Source of the DNA: Candidatus Kuenenia stuttgartensis
GTDB taxonomy: Bacteria > Planctomycetota > UBA11346
Assembly: GCA_945876185.1 (NCBI GenBank)
Contig: CAMCMZ010000002.1
Span: forward strand, 24,073 to 88,072
Reading direction: 5' to 3'
DNA length: 64,000 nucleotides
The notes below the pieces were generated by a model that did not search any database, was not told the origin of the DNA, and saw only the letters and a list, made by a program, of their open reading frames with translations. A program made the position numbers and the translations under genes. Every line of letters starts with the position of its first letter. The stretch's first letter is position 1. Of this stretch, positions 18,826 through 28,962 are shown one piece after another.

Positions 18826-21162
18826 ATGATCCTATGGCCTGCGCGCCGCTGGCGGAGACGCCTCGCGGGGCTGATCGGTGCGGCCGCCGTGGTAGCCAGC
18901 CTGACCGCCTGCGTGATGTTCCCGGCTCGCGCCGGCAGCGTTCCCGCGCAGCAGCGCCGCTTGGGCTTTCCGGCCACCGGGCATGACTTGCACGGGACGG
19001 TCACGGTGCGCTGGGACGACCGCCTGGTACCCTTTATCGAGGCGTCCGACGACCGCGACGTGCCGTATACCCTCGGCCTGGTCCACGCCTACCTGCGGCG
19101 CGGCGAGATGGAGCTGCTCCGCCTCGCCGCCCAGGGTCGGTTGAGCGAGGCAGGCGGCCCCTTCGCGGTCGAGATCGACCGGGCCATCCGGATCATCGGC
19201 ATCCCGCGTTCGGCGGCCGGGGTGGCGGCGGCCCTGCGGCCGGACACCCGCGCCTGGGTTGAGCGCTATCTGGCGGGAATCAACACGGTGGTGGCGCGTG
19301 GGGAGCGGCCGTGGGAGATGCGCATCGGCGGCATCGCCGACCAGCCCTGGACGGTCGAGGACATCGCCGCGATCAGCCGTCTGGCGGCGGTGGACCCCAA
19401 CTGGTTCGCGGTCATCGCCCACGCCCGGTTGATCGACGATCCCCGCTGGGCCGCCGCCCGCGGCCGGCTGCTGCGCGCCGGCGGCGCAGTGGCACCATCC
19501 TTCCCCGGCACCTGGACGCTCGATCCGCTGAACCTGATTGGACGCACCGGCAGCAACGCCTTCGCGGTGGCGGGCTGGAGGCGGACCGAAGGTGCTGCCG
19601 ACCCAGCTACGGTGACTGGCTCAGCCACGGTGACCGGCCCGGCCACAGGAACCGCCCGGGGTGCCCTGCTAGCGACCGATCCGCACCTCGGGCTGGGCCT
19701 GCCCAGCACCTGGCTCGCCCTGGGCTGGCGTTCGCCCGCCGGGGCGGTGGCCGGGTTGACCGTCCCCGGCCTGCCGGTGGTGCTGCTCGGCCGCAACGAA
19801 CACCTCGCCTGGGGCGGGACGAACATGTATGGTGCCGCCTCGGCGCTCTATGACGCGAGCAGCCTGCCGATCATCGAGGAACGCCGCGAGACGCTGCACG
19901 TGCGCGGCTGGTTCGACGAGATCCAGGTTCTGCGCCTGACCAGCCGGGGGGCCCTGCTGGAAGGCGACCTGCTGACCCGCACCAGCCGGCCGCTGGCGCT
20001 GTGGTGGCGCGGGCACCAGCCCAGCGATGAATTGTCCGCCTTCCTGGACGCCAACCGGGCGCGCTCGTGGGAGGAATTCCAGGCCGCCTTCGCGACCTAT
20101 GCGGTCTCGGCGCAAAACCTGATCTGCGCCGGCGCGGATGGCCGCATCGGCCAGCTCGCCGCCTTCACCGCCAGTCCGGGAGCCAGCCGGGCGCTGAGCG
20201 CCGGGCTCGGCGATCCGGCTCGGCCCGACCACGATCCCCTGCCCGGTGTGGCCAGCCGGCAGCTGCCGGCGATCGTCGATCCGCCCAGTGGCGTGCTGTG
20301 GTCGAGCAACAATCCCCCGGCAATCACCATCCCGCCGCTGGCCCCCCTGGCCTACGAGGACGAGCGCGCCAGCCGTTTCCGGGAACTGCTCGCGGGCCGG
20401 GTCAGCTCGATCGCGGATCTCGCGCGGATCCAGCTCGATGTGTTCGCCCCGCGCGCCCAGGCTCTGGCCCGCGCCCTCGCCGGGCATCCAACGGCCGCGA
20501 CCCAACCCGCCCTGCGCGCGCTGCTTCAAGATTGGGACGGGCAATACCTGCGCGCCAGCCGGGGTGCCGCCGCCTACCACGCCACCGTGCGCGCGCTGTC
20601 CCGGGCCCACTTCCGCGCGGTCTACGGCGAGGCGGTCGCCGCCTCGCTGTTGCGCACCCCGGCGATGCCGGCGCTGCTCGCCGAGGACCTCGCCGCCGGT
20701 GCCTGCGATGCGGTGCTGGCCGAGGCCCTGGCTGCCGCCGCGCGCACCATCGCCAAGCACCCCACCTGGGGCGACCTGCACCGGTTGCGGGTCGGACATT
20801 GGCTCGCCGACCTGCCTCTGCTTGGCAGCCGTCTGATGGTGCGCGAACTGCCGGCGGATGGCGCGATGGGGACGATCAACAAGGCGGCTTCCGGCGCAGC
20901 CGGATCCAACAGCGCAGCCGGATCCAGCGGCGACGAAGGGCCGGAACGGGTGGTCTACGGTGCCAATGCCCGCGTGTTGTGCGACCTGGCCGATCCCGAC
21001 GGCCTGTGGCTGGTGCTCTGCGGCGGCCAAGACGGCTGGATCGGCTCCACCGCCTTCGCAGATCAGGTCGATGATTTCCAAGCCGGCCGGACCCACCGCC
21101 TGCCGCTGAGTCCCACCGGGGTGGCGGCGGCATTTCCGCATGCCGTCAGGTTGGGGCGATGA
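18826..21162 (+). CDS. Penicillin acylase family (Ntn-hydrolase) protein
   Basis: GRLSE, GSNAFAV (catalytic Ser), LLATDPHL, GRNEHLAWGGTN, C-terminal GGQ...DQ. Confidence 0.9.
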   Translation: MILWPARRWRRRLAGLIGAAAVVASLTACVMFPARAGSVPAQQRRLGFPATGHDLHGTVTVRWDDRLVPFIEASDDRDVPYTLGLVHAYLRRGEMELLRLAAQGRLSEAGGPFAVEIDRAIRIIGIPRSAAGVAAALRPDTRAWVERYLAGINTVVARGERPWEMRIGGIADQPWTVEDIAAISRLAAVDPNWFAVIAHARLIDDPRWAAARGRLLRAGGAVAPSFPGTWTLDPLNLIGRTGSNAFAVAGWRRTEGAADPATVTGSATVTGPATGTARGALLATDPHLGLGLPSTWLALGWRSPAGAVAGLTVPGLPVVLLGRNEHLAWGGTNMYGAASALYDASSLPIIEERRETLHVRGWFDEIQVLRLTSRGALLEGDLLTRTSRPLALWWRGHQPSDELSAFLDANRARSWEEFQAAFATYAVSAQNLICAGADGRIGQLAAFTASPGASRALSAGLGDPARPDHDPLPGVASRQLPAIVDPPSGVLWSSNNPPAITIPPLAPLAYEDERASRFRELLAGRVSSIADLARIQLDVFAPRAQALARALAGHPTAATQPALRALLQDWDGQYLRASRGAAAYHATVRALSRAHFRAVYGEAVAASLLRTPAMPALLAEDLAAGACDAVLAEALAAAARTIAKHPTWGDLHRLRVGHWLADLPLLGSRLMVRELPADGAMGTINKAASGAAGSNSAAGSSGDEGPERVVYGANARVLCDLADPDGLWLVLCGGQDGWIGSTAFADQVDDFQAGRTHRLPLSPTGVAAAFPHAVRLGR

Positions 21163-21276
21163 ACCGAGGCGTGGCTTCCTGGGCGCTGGCTTCTGATTGC
21201 CAGCGGGCGGGACGGCGGCCCAAGGCCCACCAGCACCCGCATGGCACGCGGGCGATCGCGGCCTAGCCTGGCCGGC

Positions 21277-23247
21277 ATGCGCACCCTGCTGCTCTGCCTC
21301 GTCTTGGTCGTCACCGTCGCGGGCGAACCCGCCCCGCTCGCCGTGTTCAACAAGCACGCGGTCGCGGTGACCCTGACCCTCGACCAGGTCGACCCCACCG
21401 CCGGAACGGCGGTGGTGGTGGGGCGATTCGTGCCCGAGGCCGGCGCGCTCGGCAAACCCGGCCTGCACCTGTACACCCACGACCTGCCCAAGGACGCCGA
21501 AGCCGGCGTCGCCACCCGCATCAACGCGGTACCGCCGTTGATCGCCACCGGCGCCCTGACCGCCGACCGTGCGGTGGTCGTGCGCGAGGGCCTGCGCACC
21601 TATCCCGACGGGCCGGTGACGCTGCGCCTGCCAGTGCGCCTGCCGCCCGGCGACGGCAACCTGGTCGATGCAGCGGTGCGGTTGAGCTACATGGCGTGCG
21701 ACACGTCGTGCCGCTTCCCGGTGAACGGCGAACTGATCCGCATCCGCATCCCAAGCCGGAAGGCGGAGTCCGCGCCGACCCCGGGGTTGGGATTGGCCGA
21801 GATCCGCGCGGTGGTGGCCGAAGAACTCGCCAAGCGCTCCTCGCTCGATGCTGCGCTCGATGCTGGTCTCGTCAGCGAAAAAGTGCGCGCCGTGGTCGTC
21901 GAGGAACTGGAACGCTCCCGTGCCCAGGACCAGGGCCGCCTGATTCGTTGGCAGCGACCGCACGATCGCGCCAGCGCCGAACAATTGATCCGTCAGGCCC
22001 ACGCGGATGGCAAAGCGGCTATCCTCGATTTCACCGGCCCATCGTGCGCGAACTGCCAGCGCATGGCCAAGACGGTGCTGCGCCTGCCGGAGGTCGTCGC
22101 CGCCTGGAACCGCGCGGTGGCGATCGAGATCGACACCGATTCGCACGCCGACCTGGCAGCCTGGCAGCAGGAACGCTTTCAGTCGCAGAGCCGGCCGCTG
22201 TACGTCCACCTCTCAATCTCCCCAGATTCTGGTACCGGCGCGGCGACCGAAACGCGCTGGTCCGAGGTCTTCGCTGCGTCCGACCGTGCCACGCTCGATC
22301 GGATGCTCGCCTTTCTGAATGGCGGTGCGGGTTCCGATGCCGGCACCGGCCAAAACTGGTCCGAGTTCCTCATGCTCGCGCTCTTCGGCGGCCTGTTCAC
22401 CCTGCTCATGCCTTGCACCTATCCGATGGTGCCGTTCACCCTCAACGTCTTCGCCAAGCAGGCTGCGGCGGGGCGGAAACTCGCCCCGCTCGCGCTCTTC
22501 TACGGTGCGGGGATCATGGCCTGCTTCGTCGGCCTCGGCCTGCTGGTCACCGGCGTCTTCGGCGCGTCGCTCGCCGGCCTGGCCGGGCATCCGGTCACCA
22601 ACCTGCTCGTCGCGTTGCTGTTCGCCGTCTTCGGCCTGAGCCTGCTCGGCGCTTTTTTCCTGCGCCTGCCCAGCGGCTGGGAGGATCGCCTCGGCGGTGC
22701 GCGCGCCGGCTACCTGGGCGCGGGCCTCATGGGCCTGACCTTCGCTGTGACCGCCTTCACCTGCACCGCCCCGTTCGCCGGTGCGGTGCTGGCGCAGGCG
22801 GTGGCAACCGGTTCGTGGGGCGCAGCAGCGCTGGGCATGGCGGTGTACAGCGCCGCGATCGCGGTGCCGTTCGTCGCCCTCGCCCTGGTGCCGGGATTGC
22901 TGACCCGGATCCCGCGCGCCGGCGCGTGGATGAACGAACTCAAAGTCATCGGCGGCATCGTCGAGTTCGCCGCGGCTCTCAAATTCCTGGTGATCTGCGA
23001 CTACCATTGGGGCTGGGGCGTGTTCGGGCGGACCTCGGTCACCGCCGCTTGGGCCGCTGGCGCGGTCGTGCTCGCGCTCTATCTGTTCGGGTTCATCCGC
23101 ATGAAGGACGACGAACCGGTGCCGCGCCTGGGACTCGTGCGCCTCGGCCTGGGAACGGCCTGCATCGCCGCCGCGCTGTGGCTTGCCGCCGGTCTGGCAG
23201 GGGGCGACCTGGGGGTGCTGGAGAGCTTCTTTCCAAGCGTTCCGTGA
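21277..23247 (+). CDS. DsbD-like thiol:disulfide interchange protein, permuted domain order
   Basis: Signal peptide; N-domain YMACDTSC; thioredoxin DFTGPSCANC; TM domain LLMPCTYP and FTCTAP. Confidence 0.88.
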   Translation: MRTLLLCLVLVVTVAGEPAPLAVFNKHAVAVTLTLDQVDPTAGTAVVVGRFVPEAGALGKPGLHLYTHDLPKDAEAGVATRINAVPPLIATGALTADRAVVVREGLRTYPDGPVTLRLPVRLPPGDGNLVDAAVRLSYMACDTSCRFPVNGELIRIRIPSRKAESAPTPGLGLAEIRAVVAEELAKRSSLDAALDAGLVSEKVRAVVVEELERSRAQDQGRLIRWQRPHDRASAEQLIRQAHADGKAAILDFTGPSCANCQRMAKTVLRLPEVVAAWNRAVAIEIDTDSHADLAAWQQERFQSQSRPLYVHLSISPDSGTGAATETRWSEVFAASDRATLDRMLAFLNGGAGSDAGTGQNWSEFLMLALFGGLFTLLMPCTYPMVPFTLNVFAKQAAAGRKLAPLALFYGAGIMACFVGLGLLVTGVFGASLAGLAGHPVTNLLVALLFAVFGLSLLGAFFLRLPSGWEDRLGGARAGYLGAGLMGLTFAVTAFTCTAPFAGAVLAQAVATGSWGAAALGMAVYSAAIAVPFVALALVPGLLTRIPRAGAWMNELKVIGGIVEFAAALKFLVICDYHWGWGVFGRTSVTAAWAAGAVVLALYLFGFIRMKDDEPVPRLGLVRLGLGTACIAAALWLAAGLAGGDLGVLESFFPSVP

Positions 23248-23355
23248 CCACTCAAGCGCCGCAAGCGCAGCATCCTGTGAGCATTGCGCCTCGGGAATCG
23301 ATTGCGATCGTTCCGACGACCACGCCCATTCCTGCCTCCACCGGTTGATCCTCCG

Positions 23356-24645
23356 ATGCCCACCTACTTCGCCCACGGTTCGCCCACCACCTGCCTGCGC
23401 GACGCTGATTTGCGCGCGGCGTTAAACGGGGTCTTCGCCCAGCTTGGCGCCAAGCAGAAGGTGCTGGCGATCCCGCCCGACTTCACCCGCGCCAACAGCC
23501 GGGCCGGGATCCTGACCCGGATCTCGTACGAGCATTACCAGCAGGCGATGACCGACGTTCTGCCGGCCCTGGGCACGCATGTGCCGATGCCGGACTGGCA
23601 GATCGAGCGCATGTACGCCGGGGTGCCGAAGTCGCTCTTCCGCGTCCACGATTGGCGCCACGAGGTGGTGACGATCGGCACGCTGGAGTCCGACTTCGTC
23701 AAGCAGGTGACCCAGGGTATTTATGCCAAGCCCTGGCCGGCGCAGCTCAACCGCCGGATCTGGGAAGGCGGCCACGATTTGATCCTGTCGATCGGGCAGG
23801 TGGTGCCGCACGAGGTCGTCGGGCTCGCCAACCACACCAAAAACCTGTTCGTCGGCTGCGGCGGCAAGGCCGGCATCGACGAGTCGCACTTCATCGGCGC
23901 GTGCTACGGCATGGAAAAAATGATGGGACGCGCGGACACGCCGGTGCGGCGCATCCTCAACGAGGCACTGACGCGCTTCTGCGACCATATGCCGATCGTG
24001 TTCGTCCTGACCGTGGTCGGGCGGCCGAATCCAGGCGAGACGCCGGACGCCGACGGCCTGGTGACGCGCGGGCTGTTCATCGGCTCGGGCACCGAATGTT
24101 TCGAACTTGCGGCGAAGCTGTCCGTCGCGGTCAACTTCACGCATCTGGATGAGGAACCGAAAAAGATCGTGGTGCACCTGGATCACGAGGAATTCCACAC
24201 CACCTGGCTCGGCAACAAGGCGGTCTACCGCACCCGCATGGCCATCGCTACCGGCGGCGAACTGGTCATCCTTGCGCCCGGCCTGAAAGGCTTCGGCGAG
24301 GATCCCGGCATCGACCTGCTCATCCGCAAGTACGGCTACCGCACCACGCCCGAGATCATGGCCGCCGTCGCCGCCAATGCGGATCTGGGCGGCAACCTGT
24401 CCGCCGCCGCGCACCTCATCCATGGTTCGAGCGAAGGCCGCTTCGCCGTCACCTACTGCCCCGGCCACCTCAGCCGGGCCGAGATCGAAGGCGTCGGCTA
24501 CCGTTACGCGGACCTCGCCACGACGACCCGGCGCTACGACCCGGCGAAGCTGAAAGACGGCTGGAACGTCCTGCCCGACGGCGAACGCATCTACTACATC
24601 AGCAACCCCGCCCTGGGGCTTTGGGCGTGGAAAGGGCGGCTGTAG
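23356..24645 (+). CDS. Lactate racemase (LarA/DUF2088) family protein
   Basis: PPDFTR, ALGTH, VVPHEVVG, KNLFVG motifs. Confidence 0.85.
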   Translation: MPTYFAHGSPTTCLRDADLRAALNGVFAQLGAKQKVLAIPPDFTRANSRAGILTRISYEHYQQAMTDVLPALGTHVPMPDWQIERMYAGVPKSLFRVHDWRHEVVTIGTLESDFVKQVTQGIYAKPWPAQLNRRIWEGGHDLILSIGQVVPHEVVGLANHTKNLFVGCGGKAGIDESHFIGACYGMEKMMGRADTPVRRILNEALTRFCDHMPIVFVLTVVGRPNPGETPDADGLVTRGLFIGSGTECFELAAKLSVAVNFTHLDEEPKKIVVHLDHEEFHTTWLGNKAVYRTRMAIATGGELVILAPGLKGFGEDPGIDLLIRKYGYRTTPEIMAAVAANADLGGNLSAAAHLIHGSSEGRFAVTYCPGHLSRAEIEGVGYRYADLATTTRRYDPAKLKDGWNVLPDGERIYYISNPALGLWAWKGRL

Positions 24646-24786
24646 GAGCGACCCGGCAAGCATCGCGCGGTCCTATCCAGCGGTGCTGGGCCGATCCCGC
24701 TGGTGGGGCGCCCGTCATGCGTCGGCCGCCTCCTCAGGGAATGCCCACTTGCTCATGCGGGTCAGCACCCTTATAAGCACAACGGA

Positions 24787-25086
24787 ATGGCCACCGTCAC
24801 CGTCCGCAAGTTCGCCCTCTCCCCCGATCCCGATGAAGTCGTCGACTTCACCGAGGACGTCGACTGGTTTGCGGACCAGTTCACGAAGCTGGGGTTTTCG
24901 CGCGTCGGGACCTACACGTTCCGCTACAGCGACGATGAGTGCATGATCAAGGCCGAGCTGCAGCGGTCGAAGGATGGCTACTACCTGTGGATGTACGTGC
25001 AGGCGGGTGATGAGCACGCCTACCGGCTGAGCGAGGCCTGCGACCTGTTCGAAGCCAGCCTCGTCGAAGGCAAGCGCCCGGTCTGA
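24787..25086 (+). CDS. Hypothetical protein
   Basis: 99-aa ORF with genome-typical codon usage; ATG at 24787. Confidence 0.7.
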   Translation: MATVTVRKFALSPDPDEVVDFTEDVDWFADQFTKLGFSRVGTYTFRYSDDECMIKAELQRSKDGYYLWMYVQAGDEHAYRLSEACDLFEASLVEGKRPV

Positions 25087-25464
25087 GCCTGGGAAGCGGC
25101 TCGGGATAGCTTAAAGGTGGCCCATCTGCGGCGTTGGTCGTCAGCTCTTTGCGTCCGGACCGGTGTTCTCCACCCCGCGAACGGCTGAACCTCTGATCGC
25201 TTCGCTGAGACCAAGAGACCGGATGGCCGCACCTGTCCTGGTGCAGTGCCAGGCCGCCTCAAAAGTCGGTTGGTGGCATCCTGCGGATGCTGCTTTCCCG
25301 GCCGGCGAGACACCGGCGTTCCCAGGAAGGCCGACTTTTGAGGCGCCCCGGGTGCAGTGCTGCAACACTCCTTCCCTCCCTTGCCTATGGGCTGCTCTGA
25401 CCGATTGCCCGATTGAAATGCTTTTCCAGGCATTCGCACCTTCTAGCCGTGCCTTCGAGCCTTC

Positions 25465-26106
25465 ATGATTTCCATCCACACCGTCTCCATCCGCACCACG
25501 CCCCGATCAGCCCTGGTCCGCTGGTGCAGTGCGGCCGAGATCGAACGCAGCGCGCGGTACCTCCAGTCTGACGACCAGCTGCGCTGCCTGGCGGCGGCGG
25601 CGCTGCGGCGGGCGATCCTCTCCGACCTGGTTGCGGTCGCGCCGGAGGCGTTGCGCTTCACCACCAATGCCCATGGCCGGCCCGCGCTGATGTGGCCGGC
25701 AAGCGGTCTGGATTTCAACTGCGCCCATGGCGGCGACCTGGTGGGATTGGCGGTGGCCTTGGATCAGCAGGTCGGCCTGGACATCGAACCGCTGGCGCAC
25801 GCCGGCCGCGTGGCAGAGGTCGCTGCCAGCGTGTTCACCGAGGCCGAACGCGCCAGCGCCGCAGGCGATGCGAAAATGCTGCTGGAATACTGGGTGCGCA
25901 AGGAGGCGGTGCTGAAGCTCCTCGGCACCGGCCTGGCGACCCCGCCGCTGGACATCGAGGTTCATCTTGATGCGCCGCGCTGGAGCGATGGTCGACCGTT
26001 GCCTGGCCAGGTGCAGGTGCGGGAACTGGCCGGGCATCTGCTGGCAGTCGCGGGGTCGCAGGCCCGAACGGCGGTATCTTATGTGGAAGCAACGCTTTCT
26101 GGCTGA
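25465..26106 (+). CDS. 4'-phosphopantetheinyl transferase (Sfp-type)
   Basis: HGRP, FNCAH, VGLDIE, WVRKEAVLK. Confidence 0.9.
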   Translation: MISIHTVSIRTTPRSALVRWCSAAEIERSARYLQSDDQLRCLAAAALRRAILSDLVAVAPEALRFTTNAHGRPALMWPASGLDFNCAHGGDLVGLAVALDQQVGLDIEPLAHAGRVAEVAASVFTEAERASAAGDAKMLLEYWVRKEAVLKLLGTGLATPPLDIEVHLDAPRWSDGRPLPGQVQVRELAGHLLAVAGSQARTAVSYVEATLSG

Positions 26107-26127
26107 GGAGGGGTCACCGGGCCGGCG

Positions 26128-27093
26128 TCACCCCTTCAGGATGTTCTCCGCATCAGCAATGATGCCGGGCACTTCCTGCATGAGCGAGGCGAAGCCGGCG
26201 CCATCCAGGCCGCACGCGTGCAGCAGCACGCCATCGACGTGGGTCTCGAAGGGATGGTCGGCGACCACGCCGACACCGGCGGCGTAAACGAGGCGTTCCG
26301 CCAGGCGCACCGCAGCGAGTTGCCGCATCGCAGTGGGTGAGGCGTCGGTCGGAATGCGATGGTGCTTGCCGATCGCGACCGTGAGGTCGTCGGGCAGGGC
26401 CCAGCGCGTTCCCACCTGCTCGCCGGCCCAGCAATGGTCGAAACCAAGCAAAGCGCGTTCGCGGCGCAGGATGTCGGTGTTGCCTTCAGGATCGCGGCGC
26501 AGTTCCAGTCCGTTGCGGGTGAGGAACGGCGCTACGACCAACATGCCGACATCGCGCAGCAAACCGGCGACGAACCATTCCTCGCTGGTGTCGCGGTCCG
26601 CGCCTGCGCGCTTGGCGATGCCACGGGTGACCGCCGCCGTGGTCACCGAGTTCTTCCACAGGCCGCCGTCAGTGAAGCCGTAGCACGACAGGTCGAGGGA
26701 CATCAAGTTGGTGGTCGACGCCGCCAGTACGAGGCTGCGCAAGCTGGCCTGGCCGATGATCGCCACCGCCATGTTGATCGACGCGACCGGGTTCGACAGG
26801 CCGTAGAAGGGGCTGTTCACCAGCTTGAGCAGCCGTCCGGCGATGACCATGTCCTGCTTGATGAGATCTTCGAGACCGGAGTTCGACACGTGCTGGTTGC
26901 CGACTTCCTTGAGCAGGCGCATCACCACCACCGGCATGGCCGGGATGCGGTCGACATCGGCCAGGAATTCGCTTTCGTGCACCACCACCCGGCTGCGGCC
27001 CTGGTTGCGGAACGCCGACCCGGAACCATCGCCCTCAGCGACCGGGCGCGGCTGGCCTCCCTGCTTGAAGCGTCGGAAAAGGTCGGCGGGCAT
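26128..27093 (-). CDS. HDOD-domain protein
   Basis: IPAMP, LLKLVNSPFYG, AGLLRDVG, ERALLGFDH...W-LP...HH; start uncertain. Confidence 0.88.
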   Translation of the reverse strand: MPADLFRRFKQGGQPRPVAEGDGSGSAFRNQGRSRVVVHESEFLADVDRIPAMPVVVMRLLKEVGNQHVSNSGLEDLIKQDMVIAGRLLKLVNSPFYGLSNPVASINMAVAIIGQASLRSLVLAASTTNLMSLDLSCYGFTDGGLWKNSVTTAAVTRGIAKRAGADRDTSEEWFVAGLLRDVGMLVVAPFLTRNGLELRRDPEGNTDILRRERALLGFDHCWAGEQVGTRWALPDDLTVAIGKHHRIPTDASPTAMRQLAAVRLAERLVYAAGVGVVADHPFETHVDGVLLHACGLDGAGFASLMQEVPGIIADAENILKG

Positions 27094-27133
27094 GCAGGGT
27101 GAGTTTATGTCACGATCCGGGCCGGCGCCAGGG

Positions 27134-28294
27134 TCACGCCAAGGACCTGCCACCCAGCGCCAGCGCACCGGCCGCCAGGGCGGCGGCGATGGCGTCGACC
27201 TCGGCCTCGGTCGTCGTTGAGCCCAGGCTGATCCGAATCGCGTTACCCGCCTGATCCTCGGGGAATCCCATCGCCGTCAGGACGTGGCTGGGCTCGCGCC
27301 GGGCAAGGGCGCAGCTCGCCCCCGCCGAGGCCGCGACGGTCGCGAGCTGGCCCAGCCAGCCCACCGCCAGGCCGGGATGGACGAAGAACGAGATCCCGGG
27401 TGCGCGCACGGCCCCGGCCCCGGCGACCAGCGCTCCCGGAAGCGCGTCCCGCACCGCGCCTTCCAGCCGGGCCGTGAGCGCAGTCAATCGCTCGACCTTG
27501 CCGGCCAAGCGTTCGTGCGCCAGCCGCGCAGCGACGCCAAGACCGACGATGCCGGGCAGGTTCGGGGTGCCGGAGCGCAGACCGCGTTCCTGGCCCCCGC
27601 CGTGGATCTGCGCCGACAGACCAAGGCCACGCCGCAGCCACAGTGCTCCGATGCCGGACGGCGCGCCGAACTTGTGTCCCGACAAGGCCAGCAAGTCGCA
27701 GCCCAGCGCGGTGACGTCAACCGGCATGCGGCCGAGACCCTGGGTCGCATCGCACAGCAGGAGCGCCCCGGCAGCGTGGGCGGTCGCCGCCGCGGCAGCG
27801 AGATCCTGCACCACGCCGGTCTCGTTGTTGACCAGCATCACAGCGACGAGCGCGGTGCGGCCGGCCTGACCAGCACAAGAAGCTGCGCAGGCGGCGGCGA
27901 ACGCGGTGCGGTCGAGCCTGCCCTCGCGATCGACACCGATGCGTATCACCTCGGCCCCGGCGGCAGCGAGCCGTTCCAGGGGCGCGAGCACCGCTGCGTG
28001 CTCGCTGGCGATCGTGACAAAGCGCGGGCGTTCCGGCAGCAGCCGTTCACCGACGCCAAACAACGCCAGATTGCAGCTTTCCGTCGCGCCACTGGTGAAC
28101 ACCACCTCATCGGGGCGGGCCCCGATGAGCGCCGCGACTTCTGCACGCGCCGCATCGACCAGCCCCTGCGCGCGCCGGCCGGGTGCATGCTGGCGCGAAC
28201 CCGGGTTGGCCCAGTCCTCGCGCAGGCACTGCGACACCGCCGCGACTACCTCGGGTAGGCACGGCGTCGAGGCGGCATGGTCGGCGTAGATCAT
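27134..28294 (-). CDS. Cysteine desulfurase (IscS/NifS family)
   Basis: MIYADHAASTP, ANPGS, FTSGATE, NNETG, LSGHKFG, RSGT, ASAGASC. Confidence 0.93.
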   Translation of the reverse strand: MIYADHAASTPCLPEVVAAVSQCLREDWANPGSRQHAPGRRAQGLVDAARAEVAALIGARPDEVVFTSGATESCNLALFGVGERLLPERPRFVTIASEHAAVLAPLERLAAAGAEVIRIGVDREGRLDRTAFAAACAASCAGQAGRTALVAVMLVNNETGVVQDLAAAAATAHAAGALLLCDATQGLGRMPVDVTALGCDLLALSGHKFGAPSGIGALWLRRGLGLSAQIHGGGQERGLRSGTPNLPGIVGLGVAARLAHERLAGKVERLTALTARLEGAVRDALPGALVAGAGAVRAPGISFFVHPGLAVGWLGQLATVAASAGASCALARREPSHVLTAMGFPEDQAGNAIRISLGSTTTEAEVDAIAAALAAGALALGGRSLA

Positions 28295-28384
28295 CGCCGC
28301 CGATGTTCGCCCGGATGCGACGCCGGCCAAGCGGCTGACGCTGCGGTCTTGCCCCCCCGGCCCGGGGCGCTTGGCTCGCGACCC

Positions 28385-28927
28385 ATGACCCGATCGCCTT
28401 CCTTGGTGCCATCCCCGGCGCCCGCCCCAGCCCCCCTCCCGCTGATCCGCTTGGCCTCGCCCGATGATCTCAATGCCATCTGCCGACTCGACACTGACAG
28501 CTTCCCGGTCGCCGATCGATTCCCGCGCCGGACCTGGCGCCTGCTGCTCGGTGCGTCCGCGCAGTCCCAAAGCTCGCTCACCTTGGTGGCAACTGGTCCG
28601 GAACCGCTGCCACTTCTGGGCGCGATCAACCTGCTGTTGCGGCGCGGATCCAAGGTGGTGCGCATCTATTCCATCGCCGTCGCGGCGGCGGCGCGCGGCC
28701 GGGGCCTGGCGCGCCACCTGATCGCGGCCGCCGAAGCTCGCCTGCCGCCGCACATCACCGCCATCTCGCTGGAGGTCCGCGCCGACAACGAGGCCGCACG
28801 GGCGCTCTACCACCGGGTCGGTTTCACCCTCGTCGCGCCGCTGCCCGGCTACTACGCCGACGGGGCCGATGGCGTGCGTCTGCGGGTCGGACGCGCCGCG
28901 TTGCGCTCGCACGTCGGTCCCCCATGA
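28385..28927 (+). CDS. GNAT N-acetyltransferase (RimI-like)
   Basis: IYSIAV...RGRGLA, LEVRADN...LY...GF, YYADGAD. Confidence 0.88.
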   Translation: MTRSPSLVPSPAPAPAPLPLIRLASPDDLNAICRLDTDSFPVADRFPRRTWRLLLGASAQSQSSLTLVATGPEPLPLLGAINLLLRRGSKVVRIYSIAVAAAARGRGLARHLIAAAEARLPPHITAISLEVRADNEAARALYHRVGFTLVAPLPGYYADGADGVRLRVGRAALRSHVGPP

Positions 28928-28962
28928 TCCCGCCCCATACCCGTCATTTCTGGAGTCTTCGC

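Noticed and set aside
19580..19660. Short internal duplications in the penicillin acylase (ATVTG x2; AAGS x2 near 20900)
   Set aside because: Small slippage-type duplications in loops; no further structure.
19669..22209. 846-aa antisense ORF and similar long shadow ORFs (35097-37421, 59636-61492, 45109-46737)
   Set aside because: They lie opposite well-supported genes, are expected from high GC3, and show no motifs.
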